A stretch of DNA of 64,000 bases from Candidatus Bathyarchaeia archaeon (lineage in GTDB: Archaea > Thermoproteota > Bathyarchaeia > Bathyarchaeales > Bathycorpusculaceae): positions 83,564-147,563 of the forward strand of contig JBEKTQ010000004.1 in NCBI GenBank assembly GCA_049515895.1. The letters are read 5' to 3'. The first letter of the stretch is position 1. Each line of letters starts with the position of its first letter. Positions 18,886 to 30,069 of the stretch are shown here, in pieces. The position numbers and the translations under genes are program-made. Under the pieces are notes generated by a model. That model was not told the origin of the DNA. It did no database searches and was given only the letters and a program-made list of their open reading frames with translations.

Positions 18886-19938
18886 GTGATGAATCCTGCG
18901 AAAGCTGTTGAGGAGAAGACTCCACGTGAACTTGGGTATCGCATGCCTGCTGAATGGTCTAGACATAAGGCAGTCTGGCTTGCTTGGCCGCATGACCCAA
19001 CAACATTTACTTCTGGCGTTAAGAAGGTTGAAGAAACCTTTGTTCAAATAATCAGCTTGCTCCATAAAGACGAGCGCGTGGATCTTTTTGTCAAAGACCA
19101 GTGCATGAAGCAAAGAGTATCCAAATTACTTCAAAACAATAAGGTTGACCTGAATCAGGTAAGGTTTTTTGAGTTTGGTTACGCTGACGTGTGGTTCCGC
19201 GATTACGGCCCCATTTTTGTCAAACGGCACGATGATTTGGCGATGGTGCATTGGACTTTTAATTCTTGGGGTGAAAAATACGAGGAGCTCATGAAAGATG
19301 CACAGGTACCGCATGAGATTAACAAGTTTATGGGGCTGCGGTGTTTTGAGCCCGGAATTGTTCTGGAAGGAGGCTCCATTGACGTTAACGGAAAAGGAAC
19401 TCTACTAACCACTGAACAATGCCTCCTAAACAAGAATAGGAACCCTTGCCTTAACAAAGAAGAAATCGAAAAGTTCCTGAAAGACTATTTGGGCGTCACT
19501 CACATAATTTGGTTGGAGAACGGCATAGCTGGAGATGACACCGACGGCCACGTTGACGACTTAGCACGGTTCGTTAATTCAACCAAAGTTGTAGTCGGCT
19601 ACGACGATGGAGACGATGAGAACAGTGAAGCTCTAAGACAAAACTACGAATTGCTTTGTCAATCAACCGACCAGAATGGGAAGAAGCTGAAGGTTATCAA
19701 GCTGCCCATGCCGGGAAACGTCTCCTACGAGGGGAAGAGGCTGCCTGCAAGTTATACGAACTTTTACATAGGCAACAAAACAGTTTTAGTCCCGACTTTT
19801 GAAAGTGAAAACGATAAAGTTGCAACAGCTATCCTTCAGAAACTCTTTCCTAAAAGAAAGGTTGTTGGGGTAAACTGCACCGACCTAATCTGCGGGTTTG
19901 GCGCGATTCATTGCATCTCGCAACAGCAGCCAGCTTGA
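18886..19938 (+). CDS. aguA: Agmatine deiminase
   Basis: MPAEW, WFRDYGP, LEGGSIDVNG, DDTDGHVDD, SYTNFY, GAIHCISQQQP. Confidence 0.93.
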   Translation: MMNPAKAVEEKTPRELGYRMPAEWSRHKAVWLAWPHDPTTFTSGVKKVEETFVQIISLLHKDERVDLFVKDQCMKQRVSKLLQNNKVDLNQVRFFEFGYADVWFRDYGPIFVKRHDDLAMVHWTFNSWGEKYEELMKDAQVPHEINKFMGLRCFEPGIVLEGGSIDVNGKGTLLTTEQCLLNKNRNPCLNKEEIEKFLKDYLGVTHIIWLENGIAGDDTDGHVDDLARFVNSTKVVVGYDDGDDENSEALRQNYELLCQSTDQNGKKLKVIKLPMPGNVSYEGKRLPASYTNFYIGNKTVLVPTFESENDKVATAILQKLFPKRKVVGVNCTDLICGFGAIHCISQQQPA

Positions 19939-20234
19939 AGGAACAGAAGGTTTTCAGTCTGATTTTGTGAAACTTGAATTGCACTTGGGGTGAATTTTGC
20001 CTGCCGATTAAGAGCTAATGTTTAGCCCTGCATTTTTGAGAGGACTCGAATCCGACAATTTTTCACATAGAAATCGACAAATCAAGGGCTTCATTGCACA
20101 AGTGTACAATTTGCATTGGCGTCTTACGGAAGATTTTAAATACTAAGTAATGGCAAAATGGGGCTGATTGGACAACAGCTAATATGCTTATGTTCAATCA
20201 AAAAAAAACACAAAATAAAGGAAGAAAAAAGAAA

Positions 20235-22940
20235 ATGAAAAACACAAAAAACAAAATTGCAGCTATAGCCATTTCGATCGTAATGATATTCATTATGGGC
20301 TCATCAGCAATGATGGCACCGAGCGCACATGCACAGACCACAGGCAGCGTCCTTGTTCCAACATTAGCCTATTGCAACGTTGCACCTAATCCATGCGGAG
20401 TCGGACAAATAGTCACCATTGGCTTCTGGCTCGCAGACCCCATGTTTGACAGCGAACACGCAAAAGGTCTGCAAGTTTTCGTCACCACCCCAGCGGGAGT
20501 AACATCCACCTTAGGGAACTTCACTGCAGACTTAACAGGCGGCACATTCACTACATACACTCCAAGCACAGTCGGCAACTACACATTCTGGATGGTTTAT
20601 GGTGGACAGCAATACACAGGAACCAGCAGTATATACTATAACCAAGGAAGCACAAGTGAAAAAACCACACTCCTAGTGACAAACGAACCAAGAGGCGGCT
20701 TACCAGATACACCGCTTCCGACAAACTACTGGCAAACACCAGTTAACGCCGAAAACGTCCAACTTTGGTCTGCAATAACAGGCTCATGGTTGGGCTTTGC
20801 AGCAAACACATTCGCAGCAACTGGAGGCTACAACTTTACAGGCAACTATAACCCGTACACACAAACACCCAAATCCGCCCACATCCTCTGGACAAAACAA
20901 TATTGCGGAGGCGGAGTAGCAGGCGGCGAACTAGGCGGCAGCGAACAATTCAGCAGTTACTGGGTAACCTCACAGTATGAACCCAAATATGCCCCAGTCA
21001 TAATCAACGGAGTAGAATACTCAACATGGTACACTAGCAGTACAAGCAGCAAACAAGGAATCATCGCAATTGACCTCTTCAGCGGCAAAACCCTATGGGT
21101 CATCAACACAACAAGCACTCTGAGATGCGGCATGGTCACTGACTTCGAAAACATCAACCAATACGGGGTCACCGGACCATTCATCATCACAACAGGCGCA
21201 TTGTTAGCGAGCGAGACAGGCGGAATGGCACCAAGCTGGCACAACACTGGAACTGAATTCAACATCTATGACGGCTTAACAGGGCAATTCCTCTGTGCAG
21301 TCGTCAACGGATCAGCCCCAGGATACTTAGGTGAAGACGCACACGGAAACATCATCGGCTACGGCACAAACAGCACTGCTGGATCCATGACCGTAACATG
21401 GGCTGGAACCGCGCTGCTTGGAACCGTGACAACTACTCATACTTTCGTTGTGAACTCGACTTTAGGACCCAACCTGTACCTTTGGAACTTGAGTCTTGCC
21501 TTGAACTTCAATGCCGCGTTCAACTTCGGCTTCTCTCTGAACCAAGCGTTCCTCTGGAAGAACGGAGTCATGTGGTCTAACCCAATGGGCGCATACCTCA
21601 ACGGCGCACTCGTATCAGGCCTAACTGGAGGCGGCTTCGGCTTCAGCGTATGGGGACAAAACACCATAGTCACATCAACCGGAACCGTTTCAGTCGCAGA
21701 GCAAAGAGGATACCAAGTAGAAGCAGGCTTCAGCACGAAAGACGGACACATGGAATGGATATACAACCGCACAAGCGCTGATACACCGATGCTCAACCCG
21801 GCATATACCAGACTAAGCAACACACCATCATTGGCCGACGGAATCTACGTGGAAATCAACCAGAACTCATACGTGGCGGAAGGCTTCAACGTTGACACAG
21901 GCAAATCAGTATGGACAAGCAACCTGAACGTTCCAATGGCAGACGGCAACATGCCGAACCCCTACGACTCATTTGACTTCGAAACCGTCCCAGATGCGAC
22001 CTCAGGCGTATTATACGTTTGGGCTTTAGGCGGCGACGTGTGGGCACTAAACATAACCAACGGCGCAATCATTTGGTCATGGAGCACATACCAACTTCAC
22101 GGTCCAGCAGGAACCGAATCACCTTACGGAACTTATCCACTATGGGTCTTCTCAGATGAAGCTCTAGCTGGACAAGGCGCAAACACTGTTCTTTACCTCT
22201 CTGAAGGACACGAATACGACCCACCGCTGTTCCACGGCGCACACGAACTAGCATTCGACGGCAACACAGGAAAACTGCTCTGGAGCAACTTAGGCTTTGA
22301 CGACACAGCAACGGCAGTTGCATACGGCGTCATGACAACCATCAACGCATACGACGGACAAGTCTACGCTTACGCACAAGGACCTAGCAAAACAACAGTC
22401 AACGCACCTTCAGTCGGCGTAACAACAAAAACACCAATAACCATCAGCGGCACAGTCACAGACATATCCGCAGGCGCATCACAACCAGCAGTCGCAGCAA
22501 ACTTCCCCAACGGTCTGCCTTGCGTATCAGACGATAGCATGAGCGGATTGATGGAAGCCGCTTACGAACAGCAGCCAATGCCACACAACTTGACAGGCGT
22601 TCCAGTTAACATATACGTCCTCGACAGCAACAACAACTATCGATCGATAGGCACAACTACATCTGATGCAAGCGGAACTTACGGCTTAACTTGGACACCT
22701 GACATTGCAGGCAACTACACAGTATACGCAGTCTTCGCAGGCACTAATGGATACTACGGATCAGCAGCCACAGCGCACTTCTTCGCCGGTTCACCAGAAC
22801 CAACAGCAGCACCAACAGCAACACCACTCAGCGGCGTCGCCACACAAAGCACGCTAATGTACATAGGCATCGCAATCATCATCGTGATAGTTATTATCGG
22901 CGCTGTACTCGCAATTCTCGTCACAAGAAAACATCCATGA
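20235..22940 (+). CDS. Large surface protein with PQQ-like beta-propeller repeats and C-terminal TM (paralog 1)
   Basis: Signal peptide, PNPCGVGQ, AHILWTK, repeated TG..W blades, NFPNGLPCVSD, EQQPMP, TM + RKHP. Confidence 0.85.
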   Translation: MKNTKNKIAAIAISIVMIFIMGSSAMMAPSAHAQTTGSVLVPTLAYCNVAPNPCGVGQIVTIGFWLADPMFDSEHAKGLQVFVTTPAGVTSTLGNFTADLTGGTFTTYTPSTVGNYTFWMVYGGQQYTGTSSIYYNQGSTSEKTTLLVTNEPRGGLPDTPLPTNYWQTPVNAENVQLWSAITGSWLGFAANTFAATGGYNFTGNYNPYTQTPKSAHILWTKQYCGGGVAGGELGGSEQFSSYWVTSQYEPKYAPVIINGVEYSTWYTSSTSSKQGIIAIDLFSGKTLWVINTTSTLRCGMVTDFENINQYGVTGPFIITTGALLASETGGMAPSWHNTGTEFNIYDGLTGQFLCAVVNGSAPGYLGEDAHGNIIGYGTNSTAGSMTVTWAGTALLGTVTTTHTFVVNSTLGPNLYLWNLSLALNFNAAFNFGFSLNQAFLWKNGVMWSNPMGAYLNGALVSGLTGGGFGFSVWGQNTIVTSTGTVSVAEQRGYQVEAGFSTKDGHMEWIYNRTSADTPMLNPAYTRLSNTPSLADGIYVEINQNSYVAEGFNVDTGKSVWTSNLNVPMADGNMPNPYDSFDFETVPDATSGVLYVWALGGDVWALNITNGAIIWSWSTYQLHGPAGTESPYGTYPLWVFSDEALAGQGANTVLYLSEGHEYDPPLFHGAHELAFDGNTGKLLWSNLGFDDTATAVAYGVMTTINAYDGQVYAYAQGPSKTTVNAPSVGVTTKTPITISGTVTDISAGASQPAVAANFPNGLPCVSDDSMSGLMEAAYEQQPMPHNLTGVPVNIYVLDSNNNYRSIGTTTSDASGTYGLTWTPDIAGNYTVYAVFAGTNGYYGSAATAHFFAGSPEPTAAPTATPLSGVATQSTLMYIGIAIIIVIVIIGAVLAILVTRKHP

Positions 22941-23347
22941 GCTAAAAAACAAAACAAAAACACTTTCCCTTTTTTATTTTTTTTATTCTAATCAACACAA
23001 AATTTAACTTCCGATGCTCCAGTTTTTTCGACACTGATACCAGTAGCCGAACAAACAATTGCGTCTTTTTTCAACTTCTGCTGAAAGTCGGATCAAGTCT
23101 CACATCTATTAGACGCGAAAAAAGATGGGTAAAGCTGCCGGTTCTACACGCAAAAATCTCAATTTGAACTAATTCCAAGAAAACGACAAGAGTTTTTTCG
23201 ATCGCTTATGGAACAAAAAAGAAACGAAATCAAGGCTACACTTCAAAAAGCGGACACTCAGCGGACGTTCCGCATAAGTTTTAAATACCCTATCGACGAA
23301 GGGACTCGTTGAGCAACCTATTGCTCGACAAAATATAAAGTAAAAGG

Positions 23348-26056
23348 ATGAAAAAGAAAATGAAAATGGTAAAAAACAAAATTGCAGCAATCGTAATTTC
23401 GATGCTTATGATAACAGTAATCGGAGCTTCAACAGCACTATCAACGGCACATGGACAAATTAACATTCCAACGATATCCTTCTGCAACGTTGCCCCTAAC
23501 CCATGCGGTGTCGGACAAACCGTGACAGTTAACTTTTGGCTTGCAGTACCACTGGCATCCAGTGAAGTCGCCACGAACATGACAATTAAGGTTACAACCC
23601 CTGCTGGAACAACTTCAACACTGGGTCCATTCACTTCAGACCTAACCGGCGGTACATTCACCACGTACACTCCCTCTTCACTTGGCAATTACACATTCCA
23701 ATTGATTTACGGAGGACAATACTACAAGGTACCACCCTACACAGGCGACTACAATGAACCTAGCGTAAGTGCACCAACCACCCTAGTGGTGACGTCAACG
23801 CCGAGAGGCGGTTTAGCGGATACTCCGCTCCCAACAAATTATTGGGAGGCACCAGTTTCCGCTGAAAACGTCCAACTCTGGGCAGGCATCAGCGGAGGCT
23901 GGATGGGATACGTCGCAAACACATTTGCCAACACTGGCGGATACAATGCCTCAGGCAACTACAACCCATACACGATGGCACCAGCATCTGCGCACATCCT
24001 GTGGACAAAGCCTTGGTGCGTAGGAGGAGCAGCAGGTGGACCACTCGGCAACAACGAACAATCCAGCAGCTACTGGACAACTTCGCAGTACGATCCTAAA
24101 TATGCACCAATAATAATGGACGGCATAGAATACTCCACTTGGTATACAACGCAAACTGGCAGCTCACAAGGAATAATGGCCTTCAATCTGTACACTGGAC
24201 AAACCCTATGGGTAATAAACACAACATACGCATTGAAAGCCGGTATGATTATCAACTTTCCAACCATTGACCAGTACGGCTGTGTTGGCCCATACATCTT
24301 TGCTACTGACGGCGGTGGATTCTTCAGCCCTACAACAACTTGGTACATGTACGATGGTTTAACTGGACAATACGTCGCTAAAGTTTCGAACGCTCCTTCA
24401 TTCGCTTTGATGGGCGCTGATGCAAACGGAAACATAATCGGATACGCTGTCGCCACCAACGCGAGTTTCTTCGGTCCCACAAATCCAACACTGACTGTTC
24501 AGATTCCAAACGTTAACGGCAACGGATTGCAGGGCTATACATCTAAAACCTTCAACACCCTCCTTAACGGACCAGTATTGGAGATGTACAACTTAACACA
24601 AGCTTTCATTGCATCAGGTGCTGTATCAGCTCTAGGCGGACTATTCGACTGGACAGTACCACTAAACACTGTGTTTAATTGGAACACTGGATTACAGTGG
24701 GCTGTTACAGAAAACTCGATCCTCAACGGCGTCGTTGTACAAGGTCTCGGCAATGGCTTCTTCTCAACGTCTGCGTGGTCAGGAAATACACTAGTGTTCC
24801 AAACTGGCACTGTATCTGTCGCAGAATCTGAAGGCTGGGTAATCGAAGGCGGCTGGAATGCACAAACAGGCGCACTGATGTGGATAACGAACAGGACAGG
24901 AGGCATCTACAACCCGTCTTTTACAAGGATCAGCAACACACCATCGGCAGCAGCAGGAATCTACGTCGAAATCAACCAAGACTCATACCAAATGGCAGGA
25001 TACTCGCTGACTACAGGCCAGCAAGTTTGGACAAACAGTCTTAATGTACGCATGGCTGACGGCAACATGCCAAACCAATACGATTCCTTTGACTTCGAAA
25101 CCGTACCTGACGCAACAACCGGCGTGCTATACGTTTGGGCCTTAGGAGGAGACGTTTGGGCAGTCAACGAGACTAACGGCAACATTCTATGGTCCTGGAG
25201 TACATACCAGATAAATGGACCCGCTGGAACTGAATCGCCATACGGCATTTACCCACTTTGGGTCTTCTCAGATGAAGCCCTAGCAGGCCAAGGCGCTAAC
25301 ACAATTCTATACCTTTCTGAAGGACACGAATACAACCCACCACTGTTACACGGCGTACTCCAACTAGCACTCAACGCTAACACTGGGCAACTGGTCTGGA
25401 GCAATCTGGGCTTTGACGATACAGCAACTGCAGTAGCATACGGTGTCATGACCACATTCAATTCATACGACGGACAAATCTACGCATACTCACAGGGACC
25501 AAGCAAAACAACTATCAGTGCCCCAGAGGCCGGCATTTCAGTAGGAACACCTATCACGGTAACTGGCAGGGTTACTGATGTCTCACCCGGTGCATCGCAA
25601 TCAGCAGTCGCAAAGAACTTCCCCAACGGACTACCCTGCGTATCCGAAGCGAGCATGACCCAATTCATGGAGGCAGTTTACGAGCAGCAGCCAATGCCAC
25701 ACAATGCAACAGGAGTTCAAGTTGTATTATCAGTCTTAGACAATAACGGCAACTATAGAACAATCGGTACGACCACAACAAATGCTCTTGGGGACTACGG
25801 CTACACGTGGGCACCTGACATTGCAGGCAACTACACAGTCTATGCTACATTCCCAGGCTCAGCAGGCTACTACTCATCATCTGCCTCAACATTCTTCTAC
25901 GCCAGCAGCGCGCATCCAACAGAGGCACCAACAGCAACACCGCTCACTGGAGTATCCTCAGAGAACACTCTCGTCTACGGAATCGCAGCAATCATCATCG
26001 TGATAATAATAATCGGCGCCATACTCGCAATTCTCGTCACAAGAAAACACCCATAA
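23348..26056 (+). CDS. Large PQQ-like beta-propeller surface protein (paralog 2, tandem with paralog 1)
   Basis: Same motifs as 20235..22940, with long near-identical protein segments. Confidence 0.85.
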   Translation: MKKKMKMVKNKIAAIVISMLMITVIGASTALSTAHGQINIPTISFCNVAPNPCGVGQTVTVNFWLAVPLASSEVATNMTIKVTTPAGTTSTLGPFTSDLTGGTFTTYTPSSLGNYTFQLIYGGQYYKVPPYTGDYNEPSVSAPTTLVVTSTPRGGLADTPLPTNYWEAPVSAENVQLWAGISGGWMGYVANTFANTGGYNASGNYNPYTMAPASAHILWTKPWCVGGAAGGPLGNNEQSSSYWTTSQYDPKYAPIIMDGIEYSTWYTTQTGSSQGIMAFNLYTGQTLWVINTTYALKAGMIINFPTIDQYGCVGPYIFATDGGGFFSPTTTWYMYDGLTGQYVAKVSNAPSFALMGADANGNIIGYAVATNASFFGPTNPTLTVQIPNVNGNGLQGYTSKTFNTLLNGPVLEMYNLTQAFIASGAVSALGGLFDWTVPLNTVFNWNTGLQWAVTENSILNGVVVQGLGNGFFSTSAWSGNTLVFQTGTVSVAESEGWVIEGGWNAQTGALMWITNRTGGIYNPSFTRISNTPSAAAGIYVEINQDSYQMAGYSLTTGQQVWTNSLNVRMADGNMPNQYDSFDFETVPDATTGVLYVWALGGDVWAVNETNGNILWSWSTYQINGPAGTESPYGIYPLWVFSDEALAGQGANTILYLSEGHEYNPPLLHGVLQLALNANTGQLVWSNLGFDDTATAVAYGVMTTFNSYDGQIYAYSQGPSKTTISAPEAGISVGTPITVTGRVTDVSPGASQSAVAKNFPNGLPCVSEASMTQFMEAVYEQQPMPHNATGVQVVLSVLDNNGNYRTIGTTTTNALGDYGYTWAPDIAGNYTVYATFPGSAGYYSSSASTFFYASSAHPTEAPTATPLTGVSSENTLVYGIAAIIIVIIIIGAILAILVTRKHP

Positions 26057-26324
26057 AACCAAGAATCCAAACAAAAACCCTTTTCTTTTTTTTAATTTGT
26101 AAATCAATCCAGAAGGGTCACTTTAGAAGATGCTGGTTAACTTGTTTGAACAGATTAATAATGTACAATCTCTGCTAATCCTAAATTTTCTGCTGAGAAA
26201 CGAAAAAAGGTTTAGCTAAGGCTAAAGTATTCCCTTCTCCAATTAGCCAGCGTTCCCAAAAGTTGTGATGCTTCTAAGAAACTGGACAGACGTGTCCACA
26301 TAAAAACATTAATGGAAAGACGTT

Positions 26325-27317
26325 TTACTGCATTTTGGTGCTTTTCTGTTGTTGTGGTAGTGTGACTGGGATAATTGTTGCTTTTGAAAGGTTTTCCTGT
26401 TCATTGAGGATTAGCGATATGGCTTTGCCTTCGGGAACAATAATCTTTGTGTTGTTCTGCAACGAGGCCACGATGGTGTCCAGTTGCTTGAAGACAACTG
26501 CGCTGTCCTTGAAGTACGTTGTCAATGCTTCATTTCTGAGCTTGGTCGCTTGAGCGTCGCCCTCAGCAATCGTAACCGTTGCCGTTTTTTGGCCTTCAGC
26601 TTGAAGAATGGCTGCTTGTTTCTGTCCTTCTGCAACCTGAATCGTGGCATTTTTCTGTCCGCTGGCCAAAGTAGCTTGGGCTATCGCTGTTTTCTCAGCT
26701 GCCTGCCGTTCGTTGTCTGCTTTTAGCACGGACTCCATGGATATGATGAGTTCTCTCGGCGGCTCCAAATCTTTGATTTCTGCCCGCACGATTTCAATTC
26801 CCCACTTCTCCGTCTGTTGGTCCAGTGCCATCTTGAGGCTGGTGTTAATTACGGGTCTGGACGTGTTCGCTATTGCCATGTCCATTCCGCCTATGATGTC
26901 TCTGAGTACTGTTCGTGCGAGCGTGTCTATTTGGGCAGAGAAGTTTGCCACGTTGTATTGGGAAGCCTTTACGGAAGTTTCGTCAGGCTTGATCTTGTAG
27001 AACACAACCGCATCGACACCCATGAAAACCTTGTCTTTCGTGATGACATCTTGGCGCTGAACAGGCGTCATTCTTTCAGTAATGTTGACTTTTAGCAGAC
27101 GGTCCATAAATGGAAAAAGAAAGGTAATTCCTCCTTCGACAAAACGGTGATACTTGCCAAAACGCTCCACCAAACCCTTGTCTATGGGTCTAATAATACG
27201 GATCGACAAAACAAGCGCATAGATAACTATGACAATAACGATTATTGGCAATACTATAGCCATTATTTCAAGTGCACTCAACCGAGCACCCCTCTCTGCC
27301 ATCGTAATCATACGCAA
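26325..27317 (-). CDS. SPFH (band 7, QmcA-like) protein
   Basis: VERFGKY, QDVITKD, LRDIIG, WGIEIVRAEIKD, AEGQKQAAIL repeats. Confidence 0.9.
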   Translation of the reverse strand: MRMITMAERGARLSALEIMAIVLPIIVIVIVIYALVLSIRIIRPIDKGLVERFGKYHRFVEGGITFLFPFMDRLLKVNITERMTPVQRQDVITKDKVFMGVDAVVFYKIKPDETSVKASQYNVANFSAQIDTLARTVLRDIIGGMDMAIANTSRPVINTSLKMALDQQTEKWGIEIVRAEIKDLEPPRELIISMESVLKADNERQAAEKTAIAQATLASGQKNATIQVAEGQKQAAILQAEGQKTATVTIAEGDAQATKLRNEALTTYFKDSAVVFKQLDTIVASLQNNTKIIVPEGKAISLILNEQENLSKATIIPVTLPQQQKSTKMQ

Positions 27318-27487
27318 ACGCTTTTAAAATTTTCTAACAACGTTTTTCTTCATAAAACAGAAAAATCGGAAAGTGAAAGATTCAGTAACAGGTCAACTCT
27401 ACGCTGTTCCTGATTTCAAAAAGCACAGAAATTTTGGGTTGGGTTCAAGGAAGATCTAAATCTATTATTTGACGTTCTTTACATCAA

Positions 27488-27982
27488 TTATTGGTTAAGC
27501 TGGAAATCATAAACGTCCCATTTATATTGCAGAAAGATGGGAGGTTCCGAGATTGCTTTCAAAGAACTTTGATTGCTATGGATTGATAAAGAAATTGAAA
27601 AACTAGTTACGGTGGAGATAATAGAAAAGTAAACATCTCTTGAGACCGAATCACCTGCATTAAGGTCCCAACTAAATTCTGTTGAGGTTGTGTTAATTTG
27701 ATTGTATGGTTGTTCTGTTATTGTTGAAAAGGTCGCATTAACAAATGTTATGACAAGACTAAAATCTCCGGTCGTCTTGCCAGTATTGGCAGAATAGATA
27801 ACAATGTAATTTTTTGTTCCTGTACTGTTAAAGAAATAAGGTGTTGATGAAAACGAATAGTAGATGATTGCTTGGTTTTCATTTACAGGAGCTTGATTTT
27901 CTTCGTAGATTATTAAAAAGGTAGCGAACAGGACAATTGATATAACTAAGATAGCAAGAGCGAATTGTTTATTTTTGTTAAT
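27488..27982 (-). CDS. Unannotated 164-aa exported/membrane-anchored protein with probable ATT start
   Basis: Stop-free frame 28003-27488 with no ATG/GTG/TTG until its last ~25 codons; INKNKQFALAILVISIVLFATFLIIY signal/TM; N-x-S/T sequons; GAGG 8 nt before ATT. Confidence 0.7.
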   Translation of the reverse strand: MNKNKQFALAILVISIVLFATFLIIYEENQAPVNENQAIIYYSFSSTPYFFNSTGTKNYIVIYSANTGKTTGDFSLVITFVNATFSTITEQPYNQINTTSTEFSWDLNAGDSVSRDVYFSIISTVTSFSISLSIHSNQSSLKAISEPPIFLQYKWDVYDFQLNQ

Positions 27983-28458
27983 TCTAATATCCTCAATTAT
28001 CTGTTATTTTCATGCGGATTTAAGACTTATCGTTCTTTTTCTTTCTTGACCAGTTTTGTCTTTTCTAGGTTTAATTGTTAGCGCTTAAAAGTCTAAGCCA
28101 AAGCTAAAATAAGAATAGGATTTTTGATATAATCCCAATTCTGAAATATGCCTTTTAAGCCTCAGATGCCACTTCTTTGTTTGAGGAGAAAGGGGAGCTT
28201 CTCACCAATTTTTAAAGAAATTAGAAATTCAGTGGACTCAAAGAGAATCTCTTGTTTGTTTGGAAACACTAAGCTAAATTAGGTGTTAAATGAATTTAGT
28301 TCAAGCGCGCCCGATGGGAGGGGCTTAAGCTATTAAGCGGCTCCCAAGAAGCCAACCAGCGTTGCTATTGAAAAAACTTTTCGTCTATCAAAAGTTGCCC
28401 GCACCTAGCTTATTCCGGAAAGTGTTTGAATCCTCGCTTAGAATAGACTGTCTGGCGA

Positions 28459-29145
28459 TCATTTGCCCTTTCCAAAGAGTATTCTAAGGGCATCTTCATC
28501 CGTTAGGTCGTACCAATTTTCGTAAGCGGCTGCGACGGCGAATGACGGGCCGCTCCTTATGTTTAGACATACAATTTCGTCCACTTCAGGCATGAGCAGT
28601 TCGACAGCGCCCAAGGAAGCCGTCGGCACAGCCACGATTATTTTTTTAGGTTGGCTCTTCCTCGCGGATCTAACTGCAGCTAACATCGTGAATCCGGAGG
28701 CCAACCCGTCGTCCACAAGAATGATTATTTTATCCCTTAATTGCGGCAGGCATTTATCTCCTCGGAACTTTCTAAGCCTCTCTTGAACATTTCTCTTAGC
28801 TTTCGAGATCGACTCCTCTATCTCTTCATTGGTCAGACCTAACTGTTCAACCAGAGGTTCGTTCAGGATTGTTTCGCCGTCCCACGTTACTGCTCCGAAT
28901 CCGGCCTCAGTGTTCCATGGAATTTGGGTTTTCCTAACGATCACTACATCCATTGGAACGGCGAGTTCCTTCGCAATCACATTGCCAACCGGGATTCCGC
29001 CTGCGGGGATAGCTAAAACGATTGCATTCTTTTCCTGACAATACTCTCGAAGTTTCTCGGCGAGAAGTTTGCCGGCCTGAAACCTGTCACGAAACACCTG
29101 CACTCGTTCCCTTAAAGTGGGCTCTTCAACGATCTTGGCAACCAT
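28459..29145 (-). CDS. Phosphoribosyltransferase-family protein
   Basis: FRDRFQAGKLLA, LAIPAGG, EAGFGAV, ILVDDGLASGFTM, AVPTA. Confidence 0.9.
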   Translation of the reverse strand: MVAKIVEEPTLRERVQVFRDRFQAGKLLAEKLREYCQEKNAIVLAIPAGGIPVGNVIAKELAVPMDVVIVRKTQIPWNTEAGFGAVTWDGETILNEPLVEQLGLTNEEIEESISKAKRNVQERLRKFRGDKCLPQLRDKIIILVDDGLASGFTMLAAVRSARKSQPKKIIVAVPTASLGAVELLMPEVDEIVCLNIRSGPSFAVAAAYENWYDLTDEDALRILFGKGK

Positions 29146-29829
29146 GATTTAAACCTGACAGAAATAAATTATTAACATCATCTTGAGGCAATTATATGTT
29201 TTCAGCCATTGACTCGTGAATGCTAGAAACATTCGGAAAACTGAAAATACGTTTTTGGAAATTGTAGCTTTATCAGACGCTAAGTTTTATGTCGAGAATC
29301 GTAATATTACGAACTACGAAATAAGCATATTATATCTTCTTATACAAGATAAACTTGGATGTTTAAAGATGCAAATGTCAAATGAACCTTATCAACCCAT
29401 TGTCTTGACGTTAGAAAAACTATGCAGTGATTGGGATATTCCTGAGATAAGTTCCAAGCGAACAAAACCAATAAAATTGGCGCAGCTTAGAGTTTGAATC
29501 CTTTTTCTTTATCCCCTTCACAATCAGCTTGAACATAAGAAATCAGTCGAAGCCAAATTAACCAGACCCATAAAGTCTTTGAGTTTGTAAGGGTTGTTAT
29601 TGAAAACCTTTTTATTATAAAGGTTCTCACTTGGCGCGGAACCAATGCGGAAACTTCCCGGTCGTTTTCTTAATTATTCTTTTTGCTTGGTACCTTGTTA
29701 AGGATTGTTCACAATGAAATCCTTTGATGGTTCCAGGTGGAAACACGAATGCTTCTCCTTCCTTCTCTGGAACTTCATTTTGCCACGTTTCAAACATGGG
29801 GATATTAAAAAACTCGGAAGAATTAGAAA

Positions 29830-30069
29830 ATGAGTTCAGAAAAAGACGTTCGCGTACGTGCGCATACTTCTAAACCTAAAAAATCTAAAATCACTTTACT
29901 TGTCGATAAAAAACTTACTAAAGAAGCCATAAATTGGGGTTGAACGTCTCTGCAGTTTGCGAAAATGCCCTAAAAGCCTGCGTAGACACATTGGAGAACT
30001 TCAATAACCAAAAACAAGCTCAATATACCCATTTTTCAACTGAAACCTTTTTTGATAAAAAGGGTCATG
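29830..30069 (+). pseudogene. Frameshifted intN (RHH-like) fragment of an older integrated element
   Basis: MSSEKDV...KSKITLLVDKKLTKEA / KLGLNVSAVCENALKACVDTLEN, homologous to intN at 36470; shifts near 29928 and again before the att repeat. Confidence 0.75.

Noticed and set aside
20235-26056. Diversity-generating retroelement acting on the propeller paralogs
   Set aside because: No reverse transcriptase; differences are largely synonymous and not adenine-specific
29216-29497. 93-aa + strand ORF
   Set aside because: AT-rich, no SD or recognisable motif; not supported
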